Shown piece after piece: positions 38,691-51,790 of a stretch of 64,000 nt of DNA; position 1 is the first letter of the stretch; the number at the start of each line of letters is the position of its first letter. Origin of the DNA: Vicugna vicugna (Eukaryota). The DNA lies in the NCBI GenBank assembly GCA_013265495.1, contig MU058153.1, forward strand, positions 1,242,001-1,306,000. The letters are read 5' to 3'. A model generated the notes under the pieces. It worked only from the letters and a program-made list of their open reading frames with translations. It was not told where the DNA came from and ran no database searches. Position numbers and translations under genes: made by a program.

Positions 38691-39494
38691 ACAGTAAATG
38701 AGAGTTGGAAAGAAAGGATTCCTCTCTTTACTTCTGCTTTAAAAGGAACCTGCCTTCAAGAATCCAAAGGGCGTGAATTGTTTGGTTGGCTAGTTGGTTG
38801 CTATTTTGGGTTTTTTTGGTTTTTTTGTTTTTTAGTTTTGGTTCAGTGAGTAGCAAACACCTCCCACCACAACAGCAAACAAATAAACCAAAAGGCTCGG
38901 TCCAATATTTAGAATAATTAGAGCAGAGTGCCCCAGAAGCGAAGAGGGAGGTAAGACCAAAGGCGTGTGGGAGTTTGAGTGGCACTTGTCTCTTGTGGAT
39001 TTCTCTAGAAGGACTGCAAACAGCTGAAGTAGGGTCATACGGAACGGCAGTGTTAGCTGATGGCAGGAGTGTCTCGAATGCATTTATTTGTCACTGGTTT
39101 GGGTCTCTGGCAGGCAAGCTCATACAGCAAAACTACCAAAATGGATCTACATTTTCCACCTGCTATTATGGTTGAAATCGTACAAAAGCCTTCACTTCTA
39201 GGCAGAAACTTTTCCTCAGATGAGAAAATAATAGAGAGTTCTAGCTCATAGTGCTTACTTTCCGAATAAGACAATTTTCCTGAGTCTGAACTTCAGTACC
39301 TAGTGGTTATTTCTCAAGCCATGTGGGACATTCTTTTGTTTGCGCCTTGACAAAAATATCGACAAACAACAAGACCCCTGATTTGCTGAAAGAGCCATGC
39401 TATATAAAGTTAAGTGGATATTGCCAATGGTTCTTTGAACTCAGGCAATTTAATCCTGATAAATAAATTCATCTAAAAGCAAATAAAATACATA

Positions 39495-39566
39495 CAAACA
39501 TCACTATGCTGTACACCAGAAATTAACACAACACTGTAAATGAACTGTATTTCAACAACAAAAAAA
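39495..39566 (+). mobile_element. Very short L1 3' terminus (camelid-type)
   Basis: 'atcactatgctgtacaccagaaattaacacaacactgtaaatgaactgtatttcaacaacaaaaaa'. Confidence 0.8.
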
Positions 39567-39814
39567 TGTTAATAATTTCAGAAATACATGTAAAAAACTA
39601 GACAAATGAGAGCTGGTATGGAGTCCTTTTCTTTTTTTGACTAGTTTTGTTTCACTATAATCAGCTATATAACTGACATTGGATAGAACTACCTCAATTA
39701 ACTTAAATGCAATACACTTATTAATCAAAAAATACTTAACTGAGGGCTCATTAGGTAAGGCAATCCTGATCCTTATAATTCTAAAATCATTTTAACATTA
39801 ATGATTGAAAATGG

Positions 39815-40050
39815 GCAGAAGTTATGAGAACAGGCTCTGGCATTAGCATGCCTGGGTTCCTTTCAAGGTTTATCACTTACTGTGTGTATACGTTGAGAAA
39901 CGTATGTAATCCCTTTGGTCTTCAGTCTTCTCACCTGCAGAAATAAGTTAACAATGCTGTCTAACTCATATCATTGACGGGAAGACAAATTATTTAATGT
40001 AAAGTGTTTCAACACTGCCTGACACACTCAATAAATGTTAGCTACTGTCA
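39815..40050 (+). mobile_element. MIR SINE, near full length
   Basis: 'gaacaggctctggcattagcatgcctgggttc...cagtcttctcacctgcagaaat...gtaaagtgtttcaacactgcctgacacactcaataaatgttagcta'. Confidence 0.85.
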
Positions 40051-40223
40051 TTCATCTTTGTATCCAATGTATGGCCTTCCTAAGTAATTTTCCCCCAGTA
40101 AAGATTTAAGCAGAATTTGTTGTTTTGGATGGAATTTAACTGAACATCATTGTTAGGGAACTAAACTTTCTATAATATAAATTTTATAACAAAATTTCAG
40201 ATTTTTGTATGTTATTTTCTTTT

Positions 40224-40870
40224 TAAAATATATTTTTAAAATTAAAGTGTAGTTGATTTACAATGTATTATTTTCTGGTGTTTAGCAAAGCAATTCAGTT
40301 ATATATATATATAAAAATCTTTTTCAGATTTTTTTCCCATTATTGGCTATTACAAGACATTGGGTACAGCTCCCTGTACTATACAGTAGGACTTTATAAT
40401 TTATCTATTTTATGTATAGTAGTTTGTACCCACTAATCCCAAACTCCCAATTTTCCTCCTACCCTCTTCTCCCTTTGACAACCATAAGTTTGCTTTCTAT
40501 GCTTGTTAGTCGCACTCTGTTTTGTAAAAAAGTTTATTTGTGTCGTATTTTAGATTCCACATATAAGTAATATCATATGATATTTGTCTCTGTCTGACTT
40601 ATTTTAGTTAGTATAATAATCTCTAGGTCCATCCATGTTGCTGCAAATGGCATTATTTTATTTTTTATGGCTGTGTAATATCCACTGTGTATATATACCA
40701 CATCTTCTTTTTCCAGTCATCTATTGATGGACATTTAGTTTGCTTCCATGTCTTGGCTATTGTAAATAGTGCTGCTGTGAACATTGGGGTGCATGTGTAT
40801 TTTTGAATTATAGTTTTCTCCAGATATATACCCCAGAGTGGGATTTCTGGATCATATGGCAACTCTGTTT
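40224..40870 (-). mobile_element. 5'-truncated L1 3' end (cetartiodactyl/camelid-type)
   Basis: The minus-strand ORF 40665-40862 reads PYDPEIPLWGIY...[36 protein letters not shown], the L1 ORF2 C-terminus, followed by the 3' UTR. Candidate TSD tatgttattttctttt / tatattattctttt. Confidence 0.92.
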
Positions 40871-41779
40871 TATATTATTCTTTTGGAATGATACCAATGT
40901 ACCATTTAATTGTGAAGGGTGGTTAATGATGCGTAGAATATGCTTACTCTCGGAACGTGACTGGAAATGGAAAGATGGTTGACAAAACATGTGCTAGATC
41001 CCAATTTTTATTTTTTCTGTTGTTACCATAGCAGTGGACATCTCATAGACATTCATTAAGAGTGAAATGCTAACATTTTAATTTACTTAATATTTAGCGA
41101 CTTGTCGATGAGTGATAAAGTTCTATTGCGTAAAAACTTGTCTGTCTCCTCCGAGTGCTTCACTGAGAATGGCCATATGACCATTGGGGGAGAGGGCTGC
41201 CTGGTGAATTTTTGACATATCTTGGAATCTAGACTGTGAAAGTGCTGATGCTTAGTTTGAGAACATTTCCCTGGGATAGATGAAGAATTAAAGTATGAGC
41301 GTCATCTGTAACATCATTCTGCAAGACAAAGCAACACTGGTGTAGGAATTTGCCTATTCAAAAACCCAACAGTTCTTACCAAGAACAGTAATTTACTTGA
41401 GGTCTCTATTCCTAATAGTAACCTCTGCTTTATCACACAGAGTTTTAGGGACAGATTCAGGGTAATATCTTGTTTTATGTCACAGTTGTTCCAACTACTG
41501 GGAAAATTCCTATGGTACCTGGACACCAAAATATAACTTCCTGGTGCAGGAGGGCCATTGCTGTTCTTTCCCTGGTCTGTGAAAGTACTCAAAGTTCAGA
41601 CTTCAGCCAGTTTCCTGATTTCTCTTCAAGCAGAACAAGCCCTTTTTTGTGAGTCTCAGGCTGCCAACCACAAATATGCCTGTGAAGAAATTGAACATAC
41701 ACATAAAATAAGAAATTCATTTCAAATGCAATAACCTTAAACATGTGTAACAATTTTGTTCTGGTGTTTCATGCCTCTG

Positions 41780-42030
41780 CATTCACATGCATTCTTTAGA
41801 CAAGTAATTTACTTACTCTTTTTAGATCTCAAAATTTTGCATCTATAAAATGGGGTTTCAAACAGAGTGTAGACTCTTTGACCTGGAACATATACTGATG
41901 GTCACCTAACCCCCACTCCTTTCTAAATTGAGATGTAAGACCAGAGAAATAAAGGAAGCTTCACAAGGTCACCCAGTGAGTTATCAGCAGAGCTGATACT
42001 GAAATACAAAAGTTCTCAGCAGAAATGCAG
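41780..42030. mobile_element. Two MIR fragments in opposite orientation
   Basis: Plus strand 'tagacaagtaatttacttactc...catctataaaatgggg'; minus strand 'cacaaggtcacccagtgagttatcagcagagctg'. Confidence 0.55.
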
Positions 42031-42129
42031 TATCATATCTGTTGTTCAAAGCTTGTTTGATGTCCACAGTCACTATTAGATCTAAAATTTGCAGAATATC
42101 CTTCAACTCTGTCTCCCTGGAGCCCTGTA

Positions 42130-42400
42130 TTTCATCCCTTGAGACAGAGCTTAAAGGTCAAGTTCTTACTGAAACTTTCCCTGGTACCTTTAAGCATTGA
42201 TAGTGGATTCCATCTCTGCTTCTCTAGTATTTGATTCTTATCTCTATCATAGCATTTAGCTTATCACATTCCAATTATTTATATATTGGTCTATCTCCCC
42301 AGTTGCACTTGGAGTGTTTTTACTGTCTAAATCTTTGGGGTCTATTTGGTATCTGACTTGGTAGTTGGTGCTTAAAATGTTTTCTGAATGAATGAATAAA
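42130..42400 (+). mobile_element. L2 3' end
   Basis: 'tctctatcatagcattta...ctatctcccc...gtagttggtgcttaaaatgttttctgaatgaatgaat'. Confidence 0.7.
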
Positions 42401-42894
42401 AGATGTTCTTACTTGTGTCATACACTTGGTATTTTCCTAGCTCTCCTTGCCATGACCACAAACCTTCCCTGAGAACTCATAACAGGAGTCAAATACACTC
42501 ATTAAGTTCGTAATGAGGTACTTTGAACTTTTGGAATGAGTCTTCCAATGAAACCGTATTGGATAATTCATCTCTTTGTGAAACACAGTGGACTGCTGTG
42601 TTTTTTAAAGAAAATTGATCTACCATTACTTTTCACAATACTTCCAATTTCTGGAAAATTTTTACGTTCATAGTCTCCTTTGGTCTTCACAACAACCCTG
42701 GAATATAGGCGGCCACACACACTGTGAGAGCCTTCTCACACACGAGTTCAGTAAGATGCAGAAAATCAGGATACAATTTTGGATTGAGATTTTCTGTCTC
42801 CAAATTTAGTTCTTGTTCAGTTGCAAATGGTGCCCTTTTTACACATTTGAACTCTCCAGAAAGACAAATCCTCAGATGAATCTGTTTTCTGAAT

Positions 42895-43420
42895 CACTAA
42901 AGGCTGTTTGAGTTGCAAATGGTAGAAACTCAGCTCATAATTTGTTATGTCCCCAAATATAGTCTAGAGATACAGCTTCAGGCACCCCTAGTTTTAGCAC
43001 CTCAAACTAGGTTACCAGAAATAATTAATTTGCTTCATCCATCTTTTGGACCAGTTTCTCTCTGAGTTGGCTTTAAAATCAAGCGTTCTCTCCGCTTGGA
43101 AATTATAAAATGACTGTGAGCAGCCACAGAGTTATGACAACTTGGCAACCCAAAGAGTGAACAAATATCCAAGATCTGACAGCCAGTGGTTTAACCCGAG
43201 TCATGTGTTCATCATGGACACAGTCACTGCAGTTATAAGAATAGAGTCCTGTGATTGATGCCAAGGGGATAAGAGATTCATTCCTGAAGCCTGCTGTGAC
43301 CTCAAACCCCAAAGAATGACCTGGAGTAAAAGTGGAGGCATGCTTTCCCAACGAACACGGAAGTGCCACTCGTAGAAGATGAGGGAGTGAATACCGAGCT
43401 GATGAAAACAACAGCTTCTA
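42895..43420 (-). mobile_element. Old MaLR LTR (MLT1K/L-like)
   Basis: 'gagttgcaaatggtagaaactcagctca...gcttcaggca...gttggctttaaaatcaagc...gagtcatgtgttcatc...gattgatgcc'. Confidence 0.5.
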
Positions 43421-44259
43421 ACTAGAGGATCTTTGAAAATTTCAGACGTTATCAGCTGGAATCCTTCTGACTTTCTTGGAGATCACCTGTTGGCGGGTAG
43501 GTCATTCCAATAAGTGTTAAGAACTTGTGGGTTGGTAACTTGACTTTGAAGTCAAAAAATCACCTTGTTCAAACAGGAAATCTGAGGAAACCTATCTTAT
43601 CTATTTGCTGTGCTAATCAAAACAGAAAACAATTAAAAAAAAAAAACTACCAGCTAAGGGACTGCAGCTGTGCACAAGAGGAAGCGACTCCCCTCGGCTG
43701 GTGCGTCATCAGCAGAACTGAGTTGTGCAGCATCTATTATTTTTAGCTGTAAAGAAGGTGGAGAGAACACAGCTGGATTCCCAGATCACAGCAAGAGCTA
43801 TAATATAATCACCATTTATTAGTATCTTCATTACTCTGTGTGAATAAATAATACTCCTCTATAGGAAAATCCTTCTGTGACTTGAAAAGCCAGGCAGGTG
43901 GATTAAGGCATCATCAATAGAGAATGAATATGGAAATCCCTCCACGTCTTTCAAGGTAATTTTCAAGAGCACAATAGAATTTTAAAGGTATGAGGGAGTG
44001 TGAGAAATTCACCAAAGGTGGAGAATTATCTTGGCCTTTTTAAAATCACTGTTAGGATTGAGGTTGAAGATGCAGCATCCATATACATATTCCACCGTAA
44101 TTACACTTCTGTGGTAAGTTTTTTTCTAAATGTGATGGATTTTTGGTTTACACAGATCTTATAGAAAACCGGTTTGGAACTTAGGTGAAAAATGTATGAG
44201 GAGATAAAGAACTAAAAGTGAACATTTTGTGATTTAGCGTAACATACATCTGGGGTCAC

Positions 44260-44382
44260 TGATTCGTTCATTCAATTTTTTTTTTTTTCGCTCAGCACCT
44301 GTTCTAACACCAGGCAACGTTCTAGGTGCTGGGGATGCAGAAGAGAATGTAACAGACACCATCACTTTCTTCATGCAACTTA
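44260..44382 (-). mobile_element. L2 3' terminus
   Basis: 'attcgttcattcaa...ccaggcaacgttctaggtgctggggatgcag...aacagacac'. Confidence 0.7.
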
Positions 44383-44604
44383 CATGCTTCAGAAAACTTT
44401 TTTTTGTAAAGACCTACATGTAAATAATTTTGACTTTGCAAGCCAGGCAGTCTGTGTAGCAGGTATTCAGTTCTGTCCTTGTAGTGCTAAAGTAGCCATC
44501 AGATATCCACAAACAATGAGTGTGCTTGCGTTCAAATAAAACTTTATTTAAAATAACAGGCAACAGGATATATTTGGCCTATGGCCATAGTTTGCTAACC
44601 CTTG
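44383..44604 (+). mobile_element. MER58A-like hAT-Charlie MITE
   Basis: 'aaactttttttgtaaag...gtaaataattttgactttgc...ttcaaataaaactttattta...tttggcctatggccatagtttgctaacccttg' follows the MER58A consensus along its length. Confidence 0.85.
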
Positions 44605-45274
44605 GTCTAGGGGGATGCTGTTTGAGGCTCTGCCGTATAAGTAGCTGTTATTGATTCTTCCAAGTTTGTTACCACATTTTAAATATTATTAAAGAGCAGC
44701 TACTTTACAGAGATACTGCAAGGGTAAATGGAATAATGCATAAAACAGGCCCTAAAACTCTTGATGGGAACTTAATAAATAGCATCTAATGCTGAGCCTT
44801 ATGTCCTCATTTTATACATTCAGAAACCAGTAAACTAGGGAGTCCCATAAACAGTGCATTCTTTGCTTCTTCGCCAATGTGTTGTTTCTAGTTCCCAGCT
44901 CTTTGAGTTCTCTGAATAAAAAGGTGACAACTTATAATATAACCCTGTAGGTATGAAGAACCAGGATCATTTTGATCCCCATCTAATTTCCAAAGTATAT
45001 GGATAAACATTATTTAATAAGTAGATATTCACTTTGATTATTAATATGGCCTTGGCAAAAGCAAAATAAGAAAAAGTCGGATTCTTCTTTTTAATTTAAT
45101 AAATTATGAGTAGTTAGAACACCAATTTAAGAATATTACCTGGTCGGGCAAGGAATATAGGCATGTGTGATGGGTCTGAATTCTCTGGGTGAGGGACCGT
45201 GGAGCATACAAACATACACAAATGATTCTCCTTAGCCAACTGGCGGACTCTGGTCAGACAGACAAGATGTTTGT

Positions 45275-45800
45275 TAGCTTATTCAGTACGTTTACTGAGA
45301 GCTCGCCATTAGCCAAGTTTTGTTCTAGGCACTGAGGACAGAGCAGTGAACAAAAAAGGCAAATACCCCTGCCTTCCTGGAGCCCAAATTCCAGTAAAGT
45401 ACAGACGGCAAATACAGACGGCAAACAGAATGCACAAGTAAAACACAGGGTATGTGTGTGGACAAGAACAAAGGGGAGAAAATGACTTGGGAAAATTTGC
45501 TTCTAGCGGGTAGTGGTTGTGGTCGTTCTTGTTTTTTAAGGATGGGGAAGGAAGGACTTCCTGAGAAGGTGACATTTGAGAAAATATCTGCAGAAGATGA
45601 GAGAGTGGGGCTTGGGGACCACTTGGGGAAGAGCAGACCAGGTGAAGCAAACAAGCGTAAGGGCTCAGAAGTGGGAGCATGGCTGGTTTCAAGAAGCAGC
45701 AGGAAGGCTGTTCCATCAGGAGGCTCAGAGGGAGCTAAGGGGAGAGCTGTCCCACCTGGGCACACGTACCAGGTTCTGAAACCAGGACAGGAGAGGTGCC
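45275..45800 (-). mobile_element. L2 LINE 3' fragment
   Basis: 'ttctaggcactgaggacagagcagtgaacaaaa...ccctgccttcctggagc...ggaaggacttcctgagaaggtgacatttgag...ggaagagc'. It explains the overlapping ORFs at 45309-45853. Confidence 0.85.
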
Positions 45801-46659
45801 AGTGTGACAGCTTCTGTCTGACCAACGCTTGTCATCCCTGTGTGCCTGGTTAGGGCGTTTTCCAGTAGGCGTTTCTTCTCCTCTAACCAGGAAGTTCATC
45901 TCTGTCCTTCAGATCATACTTCTGCCTCCCTAGATGGACACTCCTTTTGGACAGAACCCAAGGTTCATGTGCCTTTAAGTCCTTATAGTCCTACATACCC
46001 TCTTACTGAAATAATTGAATGAATGAGTGAATTCCTCCAGCTATTTGAAAAACCCGCCCAGGGGCTCTCCCAAACCTTCTGTTTATGCTTAATGATTAGC
46101 ATTGTTTAGACCTCTGAATACATGACAGTATATAATTTTTGTCCATGTTGGCCAGCCTGGACCACAACCAGCATTTCCTTCTGAGGGGCTGATACACAAG
46201 CTATGAATGTAATTACGATCTATAGATATTCCAAAAACGGGCAGGTTATGTAAAATTGCCTTTCCAAGTAGAGCTTGAGCTGGACAATTAAAGATGGATG
46301 GAGTTTAATTAAGCAGAGGAAAAGATTTTCAGATGGGGGGAGAAAAAGAGAGAAAAATTATAACCGTAGGGATGAAACTTTGCATCTGAAGGACAATGGG
46401 AGCAGTGACGATGCTCATCTGATTGTACCTGGGCGGAAAGAAGCAAGGATGAATGAACACAGTGAAGCCAAAGCATGCACAGAATGTTCAGTGTTTTCTC
46501 CCCTTTCCCCCTTGCTCGTCTCCTCATCCCCGCACAGTGCCCTGCACTAAAAGGAGTGAGCCAGGACAATGGCAGGATGAAGCATTGCACACGTGCTTCA
46601 TGTCAGTATTACAAATGCTGATACCTTTTATCTGTTCTCACCACTTCTACAATCTGTTT

Positions 46660-46790
46660 TTCCCACTGAGCAGCCATGGTGGTCTTCCTGGACTATAAAT
46701 TAGAGCCTGTGTCTCCTCCGCCTAAAACCTTCTAATCACTTTCCATTTCACTCAAGGTAGAAGCCAACATCCTCACCACGACCCTTACAG
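46660..46790 (+). mobile_element. L2 fragment
   Basis: 'cagccatggtggtcttcc...ctcctccgcctaaaaccttctaatcactttccatttcactcaagg'. Confidence 0.6.
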
Positions 46791-48439
46791 TGAAGCTCTG
46801 GGTTTTATCCTGTAAGCACTAGGGAGCCGATGCCAAAGTCTGAACTGAGCGATGTCTAGTAAATCCATGCAGTTAGAACAATGTGCATAATCTCCCCATC
46901 ACCCTTCCCGTCTTTTGCTCTGAATTATGTCAAAAGGCGTCAATATACATTGAAAATGCTTCTATTTATTAAGGAGGTAAAGTGAATTTCTCAGCATCCA
47001 GGAGTTGGTCCAAGTGCCTTTTCACAGCTTAGGTGTTTGAGTGCAGAGCAGGGACGTCTACCCTGCACTGCTTGTGCAAATGGAATCAAGGCGGCCACAG
47101 TCTGAGCATCATATGCTGCTCGTTGGCTACCTGGTTACTCTGACTGGGTGCATTAATATAAAGCATAAACAAAGCCCGGATACAGGGGGCTGGCCGTTTT
47201 GTTGCAGCATATGGTGGTGGCATACCAGGAATTTTCATCTTACTCCCGCCCAGATGTTTAGCTCTCCTGACACTCAGCTTTATCTGGCAGATGAGGTGGT
47301 AGAGAATGCCCTTGTGATTTGAGGAAAAGGTTGTTTTTTTAGCACCTTGCAAAAATAGGTTGATGATCAATTAATAAGTTTCCAAAAGTGTTTTTAAATA
47401 TTATAACATTGTCTTAAACAAACCAACAAATCTCTGTCTACCATTCTCCCTCTTTCACATTCCTTTCTCAAAATCTGTAAAACTCAAGAAAATTAAAACC
47501 TAGGAATCTACAGTATGCCTAAAAAGGTGCATTTAAATCAAACATGTTAGCCAAATTGTTCAGATAGTTTGCTTTTTTTCTTTTCTTTGCTTGTTCAGTG
47601 TTGGCCTTCTAGTTCTATTACCTTCAGCAATAATTCTGAAGAACAACTTGTGCCCACGGGTGTGGCAGGAAAGATAAGCACAGGTCTGGTGTTCTTTCCC
47701 CAGCTGACTAGGTCCTTAGGGTTGTGTTGAAAATCGGGGGCAACCATTGTTTCTGAGGTCCTCTTGGAGTTTTTATTTCTGATTCTCAGTCTTTACAAAA
47801 GACTGTGTTCAAACTCCTCTGCTCACCGAGCATTGTGCAGTTGTGTGCTTTGCTCCATTTGGAGCCCTCCAAGGAGATGAAGAGATGCCGTGGCTTCAGC
47901 TGTTTTTGCCTCATTGGCAACGTTAGGAGCTATCAGACTCTATACAGATAGCAGGAGAATAGAGCTCACCCTCCCAGAAGCCCCCGTCAAAGCTCTAGTG
48001 GAGCTGAGAAATAAGCCATCTCCTATTAGGAAAGAGGACAGTGCTGAGTATGATAATAACATATTGTGTCTGCCTGGCGTATTTCATCCCAAGGTTCCCA
48101 CATGCTTTGCCAACACGCTGTCTACTAATCCTAAGTGGCAAGTGTTATTACTGATATTTTATAGATGGGGGACCAGGAGAGGACTGGACAACACTGAACA
48201 CTGGGATCCTGAACAAACAAACATAATAGAGTCGATAGATTTGGTGAATTTCCAGCTAAACTGACAGACAGGTATAAATGAGAAGAGAAGGGGGACAAAA
48301 ATGTTCCAACCACTATTTTCATTTAGCCGAACAGTATTGACCTACCCATTAGGGTTTTTAAACTCTAGAGGTATTGAATCACTGTTCATTCAAGTTTTTG
48401 AAAGACCTTTATCCTCAAATTTTCTGAGTCAATTGTAGT

Positions 48440-48640
48440 TTTGACAAAGCCAGTCATTCTTTCCTCTTTAAAATACTTTATTTCCCATTTTTCAGGATAC
48501 CTCACTTTCCTGGTGTTCTATCTCACTCATTCCTCCCTATCTGCCTCCTCATCTTCCCAACCTCTTTAAAGTCCCTGGACCACTTCTCTTCTTTATATAA
48601 ATCCTCCATTGGCAACTTTATAAATCTCATGAACTTACCT
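48440..48640 (+). mobile_element. L2 fragment
   Basis: 'cattctttcctctttaaaatacttt...ttcaggatacctcactttcctggtgttctatctcac'. Confidence 0.55.
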
Positions 48641-49039
48641 ATCATGAAACAATGCACATGATACGAATTTATATGCATGTGTTTGTATATGAGTGACACA
48701 CACTTGTCTCACCAGTGCAAAGGTCTCCTGTAGGGTATCTGCTGCTGAGAGACAGACCTCTGCCAAGAAGCCTGTTACTACGGATTCATCACCTATCTGA
48801 CTTTTTTTCCATCTTTCAGCTTCCTCTAACTCTCCCTCCCCAGCCCACCCAGTTTTGTGGAAAGACAGGAAGCTAAGATTTATAAACCCTGATACTCTGT
48901 CACCTGAATGATTGCTATAGGCTTGGAACAGTCCCCTTAGCACTTTTATTCTCTTTACAAACAATTCCTTACCCCCATGCCATGTCTGATATCACCAATT
49001 TATGGCTTAAAATACTTCCGTGTTCTCAACTTCTGAAAT

Positions 49040-49440
49040 ATGACATCCAAGCAAGGTTGTCCACTTCAATGTTGTTTACAGTACATAAAATATTTATGTA
49101 TAATATATATCTCATAGTTATTATGTAATGGAGAACACTTAGAAGACATGTAATGTCAAAATAGGTTATAGCCACAATTCAGCCTTTAAAAAAAATTGTG
49201 AAGTAATAGCTTATGCTATTTGCATAGTAAGTGGAAAAAGAAGCCACAGAAAAACATGTACTGTGTAATCTCATTTTGGTGCCTGGTGTGTGTGAGTGAG
49301 TTTGTGTGTTTGGAAGCATATGTAAAATGATTTAAGTAATTACCTCTGTGTTGTGGATTTTATTTTATTCATTATGTCCCCCTAAATTTTCTGTAAGGAA
49401 CACTTAATTCTTTATTACATAAAACAAAAGCTATTTATAT
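49040..49440 (+). mobile_element. L1ME-like 3' end fragment
   Basis: 'atagtaagtggaaaaagaagccacagaaaaacatgtactgtgtaatctcatttt...taagtaattacctctg...aaattttctgtaaggaaca'. Confidence 0.6.
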
Positions 49441-49919
49441 CTGTTTAAGATGAAACGTAAATGAGTTTATTGATCCTACATTCAGTGCTAATGTGGGACC
49501 ATTTATTGTTCTAAGAGAAGTGTATATCTTGGGAAAATAATAACTCTTTGAAATGCACTCTTATTTATGGTTGCTCACTGTTTGGGGTTGTCAGTCAAGG
49601 AATTTTTTGACAAAATGAGGGGTTCAGACAGAATTTGGGATTAGATTCTCAGAAAACATGGAGACGTCCTCACAGTACGTCTGTGTGAAGAGGTCCAATT
49701 CATCCTCAGTGTCTTGAGATCATGAGAAAAGTTTCAGCACTTGGACAGATCCTGTCATTTTTCTGAAATTCCTACCTATTCTAGAATGACAGAGATTTCA
49801 GAAGGAGAGCTCTAGTCTTGTCACTGTGTTTTTTTAGCACTATGCTAAGAACCAAAGGAAAAGATGAAGCATATAAACTGGTGAGTTTCCTTGAGACATT
49901 TACAATTTTGACAAGAAAG

Positions 49920-50160
49920 AATTTTTATTGAATCAGGCGCTTAGGTATGTGTTGTTAACAGCATGTGCTTTGAGTAGTCAGCACATGGGGAGAGATTAGT
50001 GTTAGTCTGAAATAGTCAGGGGAGATATCAAGGGGATGTTGGAAATTCATCTGTATCTTTAAGGACTGATATGTCAGTATAAAGGGAGTGTTTTGGGGGC
50101 AGAATAAGCCACAAGGACATGCCAAGGAGGCTGAAATTGAATGGCATCTGTGGGTGGATG
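49920..50160 (-). mobile_element. L2 fragment
   Basis: 'tttttattgaatc...agtcaggggagatatcaaggggatg...ctgtatctttaaggactga'. Confidence 0.5.
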
Positions 50161-50439
50161 AGTTAATGGTAGATAACTTGAGTATCAGCATATGGGTAGA
50201 GTGAAAATTCTCAGTGTCAACTGATGTACAAACTCAGAGTGGTCTAATTACTTTCCTAATGTTTTATAGTGAGTTTCTGGTAAAACCAGTGCTTATACAC
50301 AGGTTTCCATCTTGTTGGGGCTGGGATGAGAATTAAGAAGTTGAGGTGAATCTTTCCTTCAAAGATCCTGGCCATACTTCCTTGGGTCTAGCCTACAGGG
50401 GTCAGATGTGACTGTTCTTCAGTATTTTGAGTTATCATA

Positions 50440-50575
50440 ACATAGTGAGGATGAGCTCAGCCCTCTGGAATAGCAACGTCTTAAATTGCAAGCCTATCTC
50501 TACAACTATTCAGTTGTGAAACTTTGCAAAATAAGCATCACATGCCAAGAATTCAGTTTCCCCTAGCTGAGAATT
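50440..50575 (+). mobile_element. MIR fragment
   Basis: 'catagtgaggatgagctcagccctctggaa...gttgtgaaactttgcaaaa...ttcagtttccc'. Confidence 0.55.
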
Positions 50576-51597
50576 CCTGACTGTTGTTCATTTAAGGGAG
50601 CATTACATACTGATGAGAAAGAGAGAAATTTGTGGCAATGGGAGATAAGAACAGCAGGAATTGGGATTCCAATTTAAAAAATACCCCTGAAGAAAGGCAG
50701 GAAATAATTCCTGTGTTGACCAGCCAGTTATAGTGAGAGGCTCCCTTCTGCCATTTCCAGAGGACTAACTACAAGGCTCCCTGGTCCTTCAGGAGGACAA
50801 TGGCACCCATGCAAGAGGAGTACAGATGGGTTCATCTGACAACGTAAATCTCAGCCTTCTCATTACCCATTGTGCCCATGTAGCATCCAGTGTTGCCTGA
50901 AAGCTTGTAGATTATTGTAAGTGACTCTTTCCCTGTGCTCCAAACTGTACTGCTTTTCCGTCAGAAAACTTTTTTCTAGGACATTGATAATCCTTCCTCA
51001 ACCTTCTCCCCTAGAGCCTCCCTATCCGTACACTTTCTTTCCTTCTGAGATTTCTTATCAGTGCCCCCCTATGGCGCAGTGATTTTTGTGTAAGCCTCTC
51101 TGATGTGAAAACTGAGAAAAATCTTTTTGGAATCTTTTTGAAGCTTTGATTGATGTAAAGCACAATAAAAGCACAGCTGGAATTGAAGATACCAAGTTCT
51201 GCTTTTTGGCTCAGCATCGAAGAGAAGGGGGAATAGCAAGCTTTGTTTGGTCTTGAATGTAAAAGCAGAGCCATGATGAAGCAGGGTGCCATTTATAAAA
51301 ATACTTTGGAGCAATAACTGTGCTTTGAAACTAATGAGAATAATGTTTAGATTAATAGCTTAGGTCATATTTCATGTATTATATTAAACACTGGAGAAAA
51401 AGAGCAAAAGGAGAAAGTGCATACCCTTCAAAATTCTACACACATCACTAATCAAAGGACCCATTTTAATGTTCTTGCAAAAATGCCACAAATGCTAGCT
51501 GAAGCCTCCTGCAATGCATCACATTTCTTCTACAAACTTTTTGCCATGATCTTTGAAAATCTGGGCCAAATTACTTTTTCTAAATATCAGTTTAGTT

Positions 51598-51790
51598 GAG
51601 ATTCTTAAACCTTTATAAATGGAAAGGGTCATAGAGCACTTTGAGATCTAAAGAAAATTATGTATCTCTTAATCTTTAAAAATTTACATACCCTTAGACA
51701 CACACACACACAAAATCTATATCTATACATTTTGAATCTGATACGTAAAGATTCACAGATCCATGGTGAATTGCTAGCTCAGTAAATGCT
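51598..51790. mobile_element. Possible hAT-Charlie MITE remnant (MER103/MER5-like)
   Basis: 'ttcttaaacc...gggtcatagagcactttgag...aaaaatttacatac...cacacacaaaat...ttcacagatccatgg'. Confidence 0.35.

Noticed and set aside
45309..45853. Four overlapping ORFs of up to 166 aa
   Set aside because: They lie within an L2 fragment, have no recognisable protein and are best read as chance open frames.
48634..48760. Possible minus-strand exon (ctctcag acceptor, TAG|GTAAGT donor)
   Set aside because: The donor sits at the edge of an L2 fragment, the peptide is unrecognisable and partly low-complexity, and there is no further support.
49732..49752. REST/RE1-like motif TTCAGCACTTGGACAG
   Set aside because: The half sites are one base closer than in the canonical 21-bp RE1, and the 3' GCGCC end is absent.
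51059..51079. CTCF-like motif (minus strand CCATAGGGGGGCAC)
   Set aside because: It has three mismatches in the central core, too weak to call without ChIP data.
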